This document shows positions 9,435 to 19,300 of a DNA stretch of 64,000 nucleotides, piece by piece (the stretch's first letter is position 1; the number at the start of each line of letters is the position of its first letter). The notes under the pieces were generated by a model, which saw nothing but the letters and a program-made list of their open reading frames with translations, was not told the DNA's origin and made no database searches. A program made the translations under genes and the position numbers. Source of the DNA: an uncultured Desulfurellales bacterium (lineage in GTDB: Bacteria; Campylobacterota_A; Desulfurellia; Desulfurellales; CAZERD01); NCBI GenBank assembly GCA_964515405.1, contig CAZERD010000001.1, positions 7,629-71,628 on the forward strand, written 5' to 3'.

Positions 9435-10255
9435 GGGTGGCCGATAATGCTGGTTTCTGTTACGGGGTAATGAGAGCTATAAAGATGGCAGATGCTGCGT
9501 TGAGGAAAGCGGGGAGGCTGTATTCTCTAGGCCCGATAATTCATAATCCTCAGGTGGTTAGTGAATATGAAAAGAAGGGTCTCAAGGTGGTTGATGATAT
9601 CGGTGATGTAGATGGCCCTGTATTGATACGCTCTCATGGGGTTTCTCCTGACACATATAGGAGGATTCCAAGGGGCGTGGAATGCATAGATGCTACGTGC
9701 CCCTTTGTTAAGGAGGCTCAGGATTATGCGAGAAAGCTGCACGAGGAGGGATATTTTGTTGTTATTGTTGGGGACAAGGATCATCCTGAGGTTAGAGCTC
9801 ATGTTGCCTATGCAGGGTATGAGGCTCTGGTCATTAATTCTCCTCGGGAGGCCGAACGTGTGGGAGAAGAGAGGGTCGGTGTTATTTCTCAAACTACCCA
9901 GTCAGTGGAAAGCTTTGTAGATGTGATCTCGGAGTTGGTTAAGAAGTGTAAAGAGTTGAGGGTATTCAATACGATATGTGATGCTACTGAGAGGAGACAG
10001 GCTTCAGCACGGGAACTAGCGAAGGTTTCTGACGTTATGATAATAATAGGGGGGAGAAACTCTGCGAATACAAGGAGATTGTTTGAAATTTGTAGGGAGT
10101 ATTGTCCTCGTTCCTATCATATAGAAACCAGTGAAGAAGTGGAGAGGGAGTGGTTTGCTGGAACCGATAGTGTTGGTATTACTGCTGGAGCAAGTACTCC
10201 TTCTCGCCTTATTGATGAGGTTGTGGAGAAGATAAATGGTTGGTTCAATAAGTGA
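9425..10255 (+). CDS. ispH: 4-hydroxy-3-methylbut-2-enyl diphosphate reductase (IspH/LytB)
   Basis: The three conserved Cys contexts are present: GFCYGV, ATCPFV and NTICDAT. Confidence 0.9.
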   Translation: MEIRVADNAGFCYGVMRAIKMADAALRKAGRLYSLGPIIHNPQVVSEYEKKGLKVVDDIGDVDGPVLIRSHGVSPDTYRRIPRGVECIDATCPFVKEAQDYARKLHEEGYFVVIVGDKDHPEVRAHVAYAGYEALVINSPREAERVGEERVGVISQTTQSVESFVDVISELVKKCKELRVFNTICDATERRQASARELAKVSDVMIIIGGRNSANTRRLFEICREYCPRSYHIETSEEVEREWFAGTDSVGITAGASTPSRLIDEVVEKINGWFNK

Positions 10256-11039
10256 ATGGATAAGACTGTTCAGAGATATAGGTGTAAAGATAAGCGATAG
10301 TATAAGGGGTATCGTTGGAACTGATAAAGCGAAGAGCAGGGTTGGGAGGAATAAGTTCGGAGATACTACTGTTTACATAGATACCGTTGCGGACGAGATA
10401 ACAAAGTCTGTTCTTCTGTCTGTTGGTGGTTGTTCCGTGCTTACAGAGGAGTCAGGAAGTATTAAAGGAGATTCGGAGTTTCCTCTCGTCATAGTGGATC
10501 CTATAGATGGTAGCTTGAATGCCAAAAGAGGCATCCCATACTATGCATTTTCTATAGCTGTTAGCTATGGTCCTTCCACTGACGACATTGTGGCTGGATA
10601 CGTTATAGATTTGTCGTGTGGGAGAGAATTTTGGGCTGAGCGTGGAAAAGGTGCCTTTATGGATGGGATAAGGATCAGGAATAAAGGTAGAGATTTGAAG
10701 GTGGTAGTTGTGGAAGGGTTAAAAAGGGAAACAGATAGGGAGACGCTAAGTTCTGTTTTTTCTTCATTTTACAGGGTTAGAGCCATGGGGTCTGTTGCAC
10801 TGGACATGTGCTATCTCGCTGTGGGTGCCTTTGATGTGCTTGTTCATGCCCAACCCTCCCGTATTGTTGATTATGCGGCCGGTAAGGTGATTCTTGAGGA
10901 GTCTGGTGGGGTTATGTGTTTTCCCGATGGGGGCGTGTTCAAGTGCGATATATCTATAGATAAGTTCAAACCTTTCTGGTGTGTAGGTAACTCAGAGATT
11001 GTGCCGAAGGCTGTCAGAATGCTGGAAGGTGTGTTGTGA
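10236..11039 (+). CDS. Inositol monophosphatase / fructose-1,6-bisphosphatase family protein (archaeal-type IMPase/FBPase-like)
   Basis: Metal-binding motifs LTEESG and VDPIDGS, and a C-terminal VDYAAGK segment. Overlaps ispH by 20 nt. Confidence 0.75.
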   Translation: MVGSISEWIRLFRDIGVKISDSIRGIVGTDKAKSRVGRNKFGDTTVYIDTVADEITKSVLLSVGGCSVLTEESGSIKGDSEFPLVIVDPIDGSLNAKRGIPYYAFSIAVSYGPSTDDIVAGYVIDLSCGREFWAERGKGAFMDGIRIRNKGRDLKVVVVEGLKRETDRETLSSVFSSFYRVRAMGSVALDMCYLAVGAFDVLVHAQPSRIVDYAAGKVILEESGGVMCFPDGGVFKCDISIDKFKPFWCVGNSEIVPKAVRMLEGVL

Positions 11040-11902
11040 AGAGGATCATCAGATGGGTGTTGCTGCTGTTTATAATTCCATCTGTTGTGTATAGTAAACC
11101 GGTGGTTGTTACAAGTACGTTTCTTCTGTCGTCCATTGTACGTTCCGTTACAGGTGATAGAGTGAGTGTTTTTTATATTATTCCACCTTCGGCTATGCCT
11201 CATGTGTTTTCGCCTACGCCCCAAGAATTGAAGGTGCTTGTCAAAGCGCGTTTGTTTGTAGGTATAGGCTATGGATTTGAGTTTTGGTTGAGAAGTATTT
11301 CGGATATGCTTGTGGGTAAGAAAGTTTTGTTGTTGTCTTCCCTGTACAGGGACCCTATTAACCCTGTGAGTGCAGGAGGTATAACAAGGGCTAATCCCCA
11401 TATATGGCTTGATATGGTGTTCATGGAAAAGAAGGGCATACCAGCTATAACAAGGGCATTATGTGGGATAGATAGCGGGAATTGTCGTTTCTTTGAACTT
11501 AGGGAGAGAAAAATGTTAGTTAAATTGAGAAAGGTTATTGTGAGTTACAGGAGATTTTTCTCGCGTCTAAGGAACGAGTGTTTTGTAGAAGTTGATCCGG
11601 CTTTTTCCTATTATCTCAGGTCTTTTGGTGTCAAGCCCTGCGGTTCCCTCTTGGAGAAAGGTGGAGGAGAGCCCACACTCAGGGCTGTTGTTAGGCTTGA
11701 GAGGAATTGCGGGTGCAAAAGCGGCGTTGTTTTGTATGCATTTCATAGAGGTGTAGCTAAGACTGTTGGCAGTATGCTTCATTATGCTGTCGTATTCTTG
11801 AATCCGCTTGGGGATCCAGATACTCCTGGGCTTGACTCATATATTGGGTTGCTGGAGTACGACTTGGAGAAGCTTGAGAAGGCTATTCATGATAAGCCTT
11901 GA
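11036..11902 (+). CDS. Metal (Zn/Mn-type) ABC transporter substrate-binding protein, ZnuA/TroA family
   Basis: GTG start and a signal-peptide-like N-terminus (MKRIIRWVLLLFIIPSVVYS). It is followed directly by a matching ATPase and an ABC-3 permease. Confidence 0.65.
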   Translation: MKRIIRWVLLLFIIPSVVYSKPVVVTSTFLLSSIVRSVTGDRVSVFYIIPPSAMPHVFSPTPQELKVLVKARLFVGIGYGFEFWLRSISDMLVGKKVLLLSSLYRDPINPVSAGGITRANPHIWLDMVFMEKKGIPAITRALCGIDSGNCRFFELRERKMLVKLRKVIVSYRRFFSRLRNECFVEVDPAFSYYLRSFGVKPCGSLLEKGGGEPTLRAVVRLERNCGCKSGVVLYAFHRGVAKTVGSMLHYAVVFLNPLGDPDTPGLDSYIGLLEYDLEKLEKAIHDKP

Positions 11903-12662
11903 AAGTGTTACCGTCAAAGTCAATTCAAAGTACATACTGGATGATATAACTGTCACGGTTAAAGACGGGGAATTTGTAGGGATACTTGGTCCCAACGGCG
12001 CTGGAAAGACGACCCTTTTGAAAGTGATACTTGGATTGGTTAGTCCTACGGAGGGCAGTGTTTCTATAGATGGTTTGCCACCTCAGGACTTTATCAGGAG
12101 GAAAGATAAGAAGGTATCTTACTTACCGCAACATTCAATAGTTAACTGGACGATGCCTTTGAGGGTTATAGACGTGGTGCTTATTGAGAAACTGAAGCCT
12201 TTTTCTATTTTTAGGAAGCACAGCAGGAGCGATGTTGATAAAGCTATGTATTGGCTTGGTGTTTTCGGAGTGGATGATGTGGCTAATAAGTATATAAGAG
12301 AGCTCTCAGGTGGTCAGCAACAGAGAGTATCTATAGCCCGCTGTATGTTTTATGAGCCTTCTATACTGATTCTGGATGAGCCGAATACTGCTGTGGATGT
12401 CGTTTATAATGCGAAGTTGTACGAGACACTTTCATCTCTAAAAGAGAAGAAGGGTATGACTATTATTATGGCTACCCATGATATAGGAGCTGTGACTTAC
12501 TATGTTGATAGGGTTATGTGCTTGAATGTCAAATTACACTGTCATGACTATGCCAAGAGGATAGATTATTCAACACTTATAAGAGAGCTTTACGGTGATG
12601 AGATGGGGATTATAGTGCATAGGAACAGATGTGAAGGGTGCATATTCGGGAGAGGTAAATGA
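11889..12662 (+). CDS. Metal ABC transporter ATP-binding protein (ZnuC-like)
   Basis: I chose the internal ATG at 11889 because the ORF-track start at 11808 lies inside the upstream gene. Motifs GPNGAGKTT, LSGGQQQR, LILDEP and ATHD. Confidence 0.8.
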   Translation: MISLESVTVKVNSKYILDDITVTVKDGEFVGILGPNGAGKTTLLKVILGLVSPTEGSVSIDGLPPQDFIRRKDKKVSYLPQHSIVNWTMPLRVIDVVLIEKLKPFSIFRKHSRSDVDKAMYWLGVFGVDDVANKYIRELSGGQQQRVSIARCMFYEPSILILDEPNTAVDVVYNAKLYETLSSLKEKKGMTIIMATHDIGAVTYYVDRVMCLNVKLHCHDYAKRIDYSTLIRELYGDEMGIIVHRNRCEGCIFGRGK

Positions 12663-13471
12663 TCTGGCTCATTTTATCAAAAGCGCTTATAGTTGGTGTT
12701 ACACTGTCTATCCTACTGAGTGTTATGAGTTATTTTGTCGTTATGAGGAAAATGACATTTGCGGGAGTTGGTGTTGCTCATTCCATATTTGGAGGGATAG
12801 CTATCAATTTTATACTTGGTATAGCATCCATATTTATTCCTGTTGGTTTTGCTGTGCTTGCTTCTCTTATTATGGCCTTTATGTATAGGAAGGGTGGGCT
12901 TACAGAGGATAGTGCTATTGATATAATATTTGTATTTTCCATGGCTTTTGGTGTGTTTGTTCTCAGTCTTTCGTCAGGCTATTCGGCTAATCTTTTGGGG
13001 ATTCTGTTTGGGAATATACTTTCCGTTACGTTCACGGATGTGTATCTGGCGGTGGCTATATTCGTTGTTGGTGTGTTTCTTGTCTCGTATTTTTTTTCTG
13101 ACCTTCACCTTATTACCTACAACGAGGAGCTGGCTGCGGTTGCTGGGGTTAAGACGGAGTTTCTCTACTATATATTTTGGGCTTTGCTCGGAGTGACTAT
13201 AGTGTTATCTGTTAAGCTGATAGGGATAATCCTTGTGAATGCCTTTCTCGTTTTGCCCACCCTTGTGGGTTCTAATCTGTGCAGGGGGTATAAGTGTATA
13301 ATAGGTTCTGGAGTTGTATCATCTGTACTGAGCATATGGGCGGGAACAGGCATATCTTACTTCTTCAACGTGCCCACAGGCTCCTCGATAGTGCTTGTAT
13401 TAATAGGCCTGTGGGTTATAAGTGTGGGTTTTAGGTACTTCAAGAAGGTTGGTATCAGTGATTTACACTGA
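12659..13471 (+). CDS. Metal ABC transporter permease (ZnuB-like, ABC-3 family)
   Basis: 270-aa polytopic membrane protein that overlaps the ATPase stop by 4 nt. Confidence 0.8.
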   Translation: MIWLILSKALIVGVTLSILLSVMSYFVVMRKMTFAGVGVAHSIFGGIAINFILGIASIFIPVGFAVLASLIMAFMYRKGGLTEDSAIDIIFVFSMAFGVFVLSLSSGYSANLLGILFGNILSVTFTDVYLAVAIFVVGVFLVSYFFSDLHLITYNEELAAVAGVKTEFLYYIFWALLGVTIVLSVKLIGIILVNAFLVLPTLVGSNLCRGYKCIIGSGVVSSVLSIWAGTGISYFFNVPTGSSIVLVLIGLWVISVGFRYFKKVGISDLH

Positions 13472-14375
13472 GCTCTATAAACTTTTGAGCGCTATCGGCT
13501 GCTATGGCTCCATCTGAAGCTGCTGTTACTACTTGACGTAGGCTCTTTGTTCTTACGTCTCCGGCGGCGAAGATACCTGGAATGTTTGTTTCCATTGACT
13601 CGTTGGTTTTTATATACCCGTTCTCGTCAAGGTCTATGAGATCGGATATGAAATCAGTGTTTGGTTTAAGTCCCACATACACAAAAACCCCGTCGACCTT
13701 GAGTTTGTTTTTGGTGCTGTTTTTCACGTTCTCCACGATTATGCCCTCAACGAGCTGAGAGCCGTATATTTCTCTTACAACACTGTTAAGTATGAATTCT
13801 ATCTTGTCGTTTTTAAAGGCTCTGTCCTGAAGTATCTTCGTTGCTCTTAAGGCATCCCTTCTGTGGATCACGTAGACCCTCTTTGCAAGGTTTGTGAGGT
13901 AGAGCGCTTCACTTATAGCTGAGTCCCCACCTCCAACGACAGCTACTACCTTGTCTCTGAAGAAGTGGCCATCACATGTGGCGCAGAATGAAACACCTTT
14001 TCCAAGAAAACTTTTTTCCCCAGGGCAGCCGATGGTTTGTGGACTTGCACCTGTGGCTATGATCACCGTGTGGGTTTTTATAGTAGCCCCTGAGTCCAAG
14101 AAGACCGTCTTCGTTTTATCACCATTTTCTATTTTGTTTACTCCCTCGTAGCTGAACTCAACGCTGAACTTCTCTGCCTGTTTGATCATCTTGTCCATGA
14201 GGTCCATTCCACTGATGGAGTCAAAGCCAGGGTAGTTTTCAACCTCATAGGAGTTGACAATCTGTCCTCCCAATATCTGCTTCTCGCATATCTTAACCTT
14301 TAGTCCGCCTCTTGCAGCATATATTCCAGCAGTTACTCCCGCCGGTCCTCCGCCTGCTATTATAACGTCATACAT
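13455..14375 (-). CDS. trxB: Thioredoxin reductase
   Basis: Dinucleotide motifs IIAGGGPAG and VVGGGDSA, and the redox-active CATC. Confidence 0.9.
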   Translation of the reverse strand: MYDVIIAGGGPAGVTAGIYAARGGLKVKICEKQILGGQIVNSYEVENYPGFDSISGMDLMDKMIKQAEKFSVEFSYEGVNKIENGDKTKTVFLDSGATIKTHTVIIATGASPQTIGCPGEKSFLGKGVSFCATCDGHFFRDKVVAVVGGGDSAISEALYLTNLAKRVYVIHRRDALRATKILQDRAFKNDKIEFILNSVVREIYGSQLVEGIIVENVKNSTKNKLKVDGVFVYVGLKPNTDFISDLIDLDENGYIKTNESMETNIPGIFAAGDVRTKSLRQVVTAASDGAIAADSAQKFIELSVNH

Positions 14376-14377
14376 GG

Positions 14378-14704
14378 TTAATCCAGAATTTGGTTGAGTT
14401 TTTGTATGAAGTACTCTTTTGGAACAGCCCCTATTATTTGGTCTACAACCTCCCCGTTTTTGAATATCATCAGCGTAGGTATACTCATTATTCCGTACCT
14501 TATAGCTATGTTTGGTTCTTCATCGGTGTTTAGCTTGCCTACTTTGAGCTTATCTTTGTACTCATCAGCTATTTCTGCCACTATAGGGGCTACCATCCTG
14601 CACGGTCCGCACCATGGTGCCCAAAAGTCCACCAGAACGGGTTTTTCGGATTGGAGAACCTCTGTATCCCAATTCTCTTCAGTAAAGGTTGCCTGTTCTG
14701 CCAT
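14378..14704 (-). CDS. trxA: Thioredoxin
   Basis: 108 aa with a WCGPC active site. Confidence 0.9.
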   Translation of the reverse strand: MAEQATFTEENWDTEVLQSEKPVLVDFWAPWCGPCRMVAPIVAEIADEYKDKLKVGKLNTDEEPNIAIRYGIMSIPTLMIFKNGEVVDQIIGAVPKEYFIQKLNQILD

Positions 14705-14735
14705 TGAAACCTCCTTATATATGTTTCGTCAAGGA

Positions 14736-14764
14736 AATATAGGTTTATAACACCTTATTGTCAA
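14736..14764 (-). promoter_or_regulatory. Sigma-70-type promoter for trxA-trxB
   Basis: The minus strand reads TTGACA, 17 nt, TATATT. AAGGAGG lies just upstream of the trxA ATG. Confidence 0.5.
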
Positions 14765-14782
14765 GGTTAACAAGTCATACAC

Positions 14783-15169
14783 CTAAAACTGTTCCAGGGT
14801 TATAGACTCAAATATGGAATCTATGTAGTCATGCACCTTTTTCCACATGTACCTGGCTTCGCATTTGTCGTACAAGGTACATTTGTAGTCTCCATCAAGG
14901 CATGGAGCGAGCGTGAGATCTTTGTTGAAGACTCGCATTAGATCCAGAAGCGTGGTATCTCTTTTTGCTATTTTACAACCTCCACTTGGTCCTTTTTTAC
15001 AGGATATTATTCCTGCTTTACCCAGGGTTGTGGCAAGGTGCTTGAGATAGCCTTCGGAGACGTTTATTCTTTTGGATATTTCAGCAAGTGTCATTGGTTC
15101 TTCATTTTCTCTTAACTCTATAAGCATTCTTATGGAATACCTTACGCTTGTTGGTAAAAGCATACTCAC
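14783..15169 (-). CDS. Rrf2-family transcriptional regulator (probable Fe-S cluster-binding type)
   Basis: Rrf2 winged-helix N-terminus (VRYSIRMLIEL...LAEISKRINVSEGYLKHL) and a C-terminal C-x6-C-x5-C motif (PCLDGDYKCTLYDKC). Confidence 0.8.
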   Translation of the reverse strand: MSMLLPTSVRYSIRMLIELRENEEPMTLAEISKRINVSEGYLKHLATTLGKAGIISCKKGPSGGCKIAKRDTTLLDLMRVFNKDLTLAPCLDGDYKCTLYDKCEARYMWKKVHDYIDSIFESITLEQF

Positions 15170-16195
15170 CTACCTTATTAGGAGTTCTGCTATCTGGACG
15201 GCGTTTAATGCTGCACCTTTCCTCAGTTGGTCGCCAACAACCCAAAACGAAAGCCCATTTTCCATAGAGATATCCCTCCTTATCCTTCCGACGTAGCATG
15301 TGTCGTTGCCTGCCACAAATAGGGGCATAGGGTATTTAAGATGTTCGGGTTCGTCCAATACTTCAACACCGGGGGCATTACTAATTAATTCCCTTGCAGT
15401 TTCCGGTTCTATAGGTTCTTCTGTTTCTATGGTTATTGCTTCAGAGTGTGCCGAGATTACTGGTACTCTGACACAGGTTGCAGTTACCTTTATCCTGTCA
15501 TCGTGCAACATTTTTCTTGTTTCGTTAAACATTTTCATTTCTTCTTTTGTATACCCGTTATCTGTGAATACGTCAACGTGTGGTATTACGTTGAACAGCA
15601 GTTGGTAGGGGAACTGTTTTGTTATTATCTCTTTCCCGTTGACCCATGCTTTTGTTTGGTCCAGTAGTTCCTGCATGGCTTTGGCTCCTGCTCCGGAGGC
15701 TGCTTGGTAGCTTGCTACTATTACCCTTTTTACCCTTGAGTAGTCGTACAGCGGCTTGAGGGCTACTATCATAACTATCGTTGTGCAATTGGGGTTTGCT
15801 ATGATTCCTTGATGTTTGAATGCATCTTCGGGATTTACCTCCGGTACAACCAATGGAACATCTTTATCCATTCTAAATGCTGAGCTGTTGTCTACGACTA
15901 CTGCTCCTGCCTTGGCAGCATGGGGAGCGAACTCACGACTCCTTGATGAGCCGGCGCTGAAGAAGGCTATATCTATTCCCTTAAAGGAATCTGGTGTTAG
16001 CTCTTCTACCGTGTATTCTGTTTCCCTAAACAGCAACTTTTTGCCGACGGATCTCTTTGAGGCGAGGAGTTTGAGCTCACCGACCGGGAATTCTCTTTCT
16101 TCTAGGATTTTGAGAAAGGTTTGTCCAACAGCTCCTGTTGCTCCTGCAATAGCTACATTGTAGTTGTTTTTACCTTTCAGGCTTTTCATCAACAT
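15170..16195 (-). CDS. asd: Aspartate-semialdehyde dehydrogenase
   Basis: GATGAVGQ nucleotide motif and active-site NPNCTT. 341 aa. Confidence 0.9.
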   Translation of the reverse strand: MLMKSLKGKNNYNVAIAGATGAVGQTFLKILEEREFPVGELKLLASKRSVGKKLLFRETEYTVEELTPDSFKGIDIAFFSAGSSRSREFAPHAAKAGAVVVDNSSAFRMDKDVPLVVPEVNPEDAFKHQGIIANPNCTTIVMIVALKPLYDYSRVKRVIVASYQAASGAGAKAMQELLDQTKAWVNGKEIITKQFPYQLLFNVIPHVDVFTDNGYTKEEMKMFNETRKMLHDDRIKVTATCVRVPVISAHSEAITIETEEPIEPETARELISNAPGVEVLDEPEHLKYPMPLFVAGNDTCYVGRIRRDISMENGLSFWVVGDQLRKGAALNAVQIAELLIR

Positions 16196-16222
16196 ACACC
16201 CCTTACAGATTCAAATATGGGA

Positions 16223-16251
16223 ATTCTAATATTTTAACTGTTGTATGTCAA
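16223..16251 (-). promoter_or_regulatory. Sigma-70-type promoter for asd
   Basis: The minus strand reads TTGACA, 17 nt, TAGAAT. Confidence 0.5.
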
Positions 16252-16268
16252 CAACACCTTCGTTCTTC

Positions 16269-16297
16269 TTGCCAACTTAAGGAAAATTATGTATAGT
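16269..16297 (+). promoter_or_regulatory. Sigma-70-type promoter for the PAS/GGDEF/EAL gene
   Basis: TTGCCA, 17 nt, TATAGT. It diverges from the asd promoter. Confidence 0.45.
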
Positions 16298-16374
16298 ATT
16301 TTCGTTATGTTGCAGCGCACGTCTTGACTTTGCTTTGTTTTCAGCTCTGTTTTTCTCTATACAGGGGGTTTTTT

Positions 16375-19300
16375 ATGTTTAAGCAAGGATGTATAGTTGT
16401 ATGGGCTGTAAGGTTTGAGAAAAACAGGGGCGGTTTTATTTTGAAAGACTTAAGGTTTGTTAATGGAAACTGTGTGGAAGAGCTGACCGGGTACACCAAG
16501 AGTGAATTTCTGAAAAACCCCCGTCTACTGTTGGATGTGATTTATCCAGAGGATAGAGGGGTCATTGTGAGGCTGAGGGAAGGTGTATCCAGGGGAGAAC
16601 ATGTGGAGTTTGAAACGCGCCTCCGGAGAAGGGATGGTGTGTGTATCAGTGTTAAGCACCTCGTTGTGCCTGATGAGAACAGAGGGAAGGTGGTTGAGGC
16701 CATATATATTGTGAGGTCACTCTCTGCTGAGGAGAGGGAGGGAGAAGGTAAATACCAAGAGCTCTTTGAGAGGATGGTTCAATACCTCCCGGCGGGTGTT
16801 TTTCTGTACCGTGATAGAATTGTGTTTGCCAATAGGGCCTATGAGGAGATAACGGGTTACAGTCTGTCTGAACTCAGGGGGATGCATATATGGGATATCT
16901 TTGCTGATGAAGAGCAGAGAGAGAGCATAAGAAGTGTCGCAGAGAAGAGGATTAGGTGTGAAGGGACTCCCATGGTTTACAAGCATGCTCCTTTTTACAT
17001 GAGGGATGGGAGCTTAAGGTATCTTGACGTATATACGGATACGTTAGAGCTTGTTGATGGGTGTGGTGGTTTTGGGATTGCTATAGATGTAACCGAGGAA
17101 AGGGTGTTGAGGGACAAACTGGAGGAGGAGAGTTTATTGCTTAATGTTTTGACAGAGGAGTCCCCTGCCCTTGTTATGATATATGGTGAGAGACCTGTGT
17201 ATGCCAACAGGGTATTTCATGAACTGCTGGGGTATACCCCTAAGGAGTTAAGTGAAAGATATGTATGGGAGTTGATTAGCGAGGATCTCAGAGATACTGT
17301 TCGGGAATCTATTGAGCGCAGGTTGAGTGGGGATAACTTTACGTCTTTCTACCCGAAGGCGAAGTTTATAACAAAATCTGGTGACTTTAGGTATATTGAT
17401 GTTGTTTCAAGTACGGTTAGGTACAGTGGTAGGAGTCTTGGGATCCTGGTAGGGATAGATTCTACATCCGAGCACGAGAAGGAAGAGGCATTGAGGAACT
17501 TAAATGATATGTATGTCATACTGAGCAATATAAATCAGGCCATCGTTCGCATTTCCAGGGAAGACGAGATACTTAAGTCTGCATGTGAATCCTTTGTTGG
17601 GGGGAGCCGATTTAAAGCTACTGGAGTGTGGCTTCTGGATGAGACTGAAGGCGAGGTATATCCCGAGTATGTGTGTGGAGAGACCAAATGTACAGTATTT
17701 ACCGAAAGGCTCCCGCTACCTGGGGAGGTTGATTCTCGAGAGATGCATCCCCTGATCAGGTGTATTTCCAAAGGTGCTATAATCATTAACAATAATACTA
17801 TTAGAAATGCCCACCTGGGTTCCTGGAGAGCCCCTTTGCTTGCTAAGGGTTTTGCTTCTTCTGCTTTTATACCTCTCAAAAAGAAAGGAAAAACTGTGGG
17901 TGTTTTGGGTGTGTTTGCAGACAAACCCTTTGTATTTGATAGAGATGTCTATCTCCTGCTTAAGGAAGTGGCTCAGGACATTTCGTTTGCGCTCGACTCC
18001 ATAGAAAAGGAAAGATGGTTGTCTGTATTTAATTCTGTGCTTGAGTATGGTACAGACTGGGTTGTGATAACGGACAAGGATGGAACCATTGTGTACGCAA
18101 ATAGGGCTGTGGAAAAGATTTCGGGATACAAGAGGGGAGAAATTCTGGGTAAGAATCCAAGGGTGTTCAAGTCTGGAGTGCATGATAAACAGTTCTATGA
18201 GAATTTGTGGAGCACGATACTTTCTGGGGGTGTATTTAGTAGTATAGTTGTAAATAGAGCTAAGAATGGGGAGCTATTTAGGTTGAATAAGACCATTACA
18301 CCTGTTTTTATGAATGGGGAGATTCAGTACTTTGTTTCCGTTGATAAGGATATAACCCATGAGAAGAAGTTGGAAGAATTGATATACCGGCTTTCTACTA
18401 TTGATCCTGTAACCCATCTACCCAATAGGAAGTCATTTATAGAACAGGCGTCAGGCTTCTTTGAGGAAATGAAGCTTAAGGACTCTATAGCTGCTGTTGT
18501 TATTGTTTCTCCTTCGGGTATATCTGAAATCAACCAGGTGTTCAGCTTTGAGGAAGGTGATAAGGTGCTGAGAAAAATAGGGGCGGTGTTGAGGAAAACA
18601 GTGAGGAATTATGATCTGGTGGCGAAGCTTGTTGGCGATAGGTTTGCTGTTCTATTAAAGGACCTTAAAACTAAGGAGGATATACTCAGCATAGTGAATA
18701 AGATTAAGCAGGTTCTTTTTAGTGAGGTTGACATTGGGAGGGATGTGAAGCTGAGTTATAATATAGGGATATCTGTTTATCCTGATGATGGAACAGATGT
18801 GAGAGACTTGTTATCAAAGGCTGAGGTGGCTGTTAGCTATGCTCGTAAGAGCGGTGAGAATATACATGCTTTCTTCCAGAAGGATCTTGGGGAGGAGATA
18901 ACAAGAGCGTTTAACGTGAGGGTTGAGTTGTCAAGAGCTATAAAAGATGAGGAATTTGCCCTGTTCTATCAACCGTACTTTGACGCGCTAACTGGGGAGC
19001 TGAGGGGAGCGGAAGTACTGTTGAGGTGGAACAGGAGGGACAGCGGTCTTGTGCCACCGTCCGAGTTTATTCCCGTACTTGAGCAGACGAATATGATTGT
19101 TGACGTAGAAAAGTGGCTGGTTGAAAGGGTCTGCATGAATATAACAAAGTGGAGAAGCCTTGGGGTTAGTGTGGTACCATTATCCATTAACGTTTCCCCA
19201 CAGAGCTTTTCCATGGGCAGTATAGAAAAAGAGATACTGTCGGCTATTGATAAGCACAGTGTGGACCCATCACTACTAACAGTGGAGATAGTGGAAAGGA

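Noticed and set aside
16324-16374. N-terminal extensions suggested by the ORF track at 16324, 61320, 11808, 34453, 39166, 49892 and 57667.
   Set aside because: Where an SD-preceded internal ATG exists (11889, 16375, 34405, 39217, 57655, 61380), it fits the homologous N-terminus better. The internal ATG at 49850 has no clear SD and is preferred only because it adds less sequence inside the upstream gene. The longer versions would start inside upstream genes, promoters or terminators. The 61320 start lies inside the trp attenuator.
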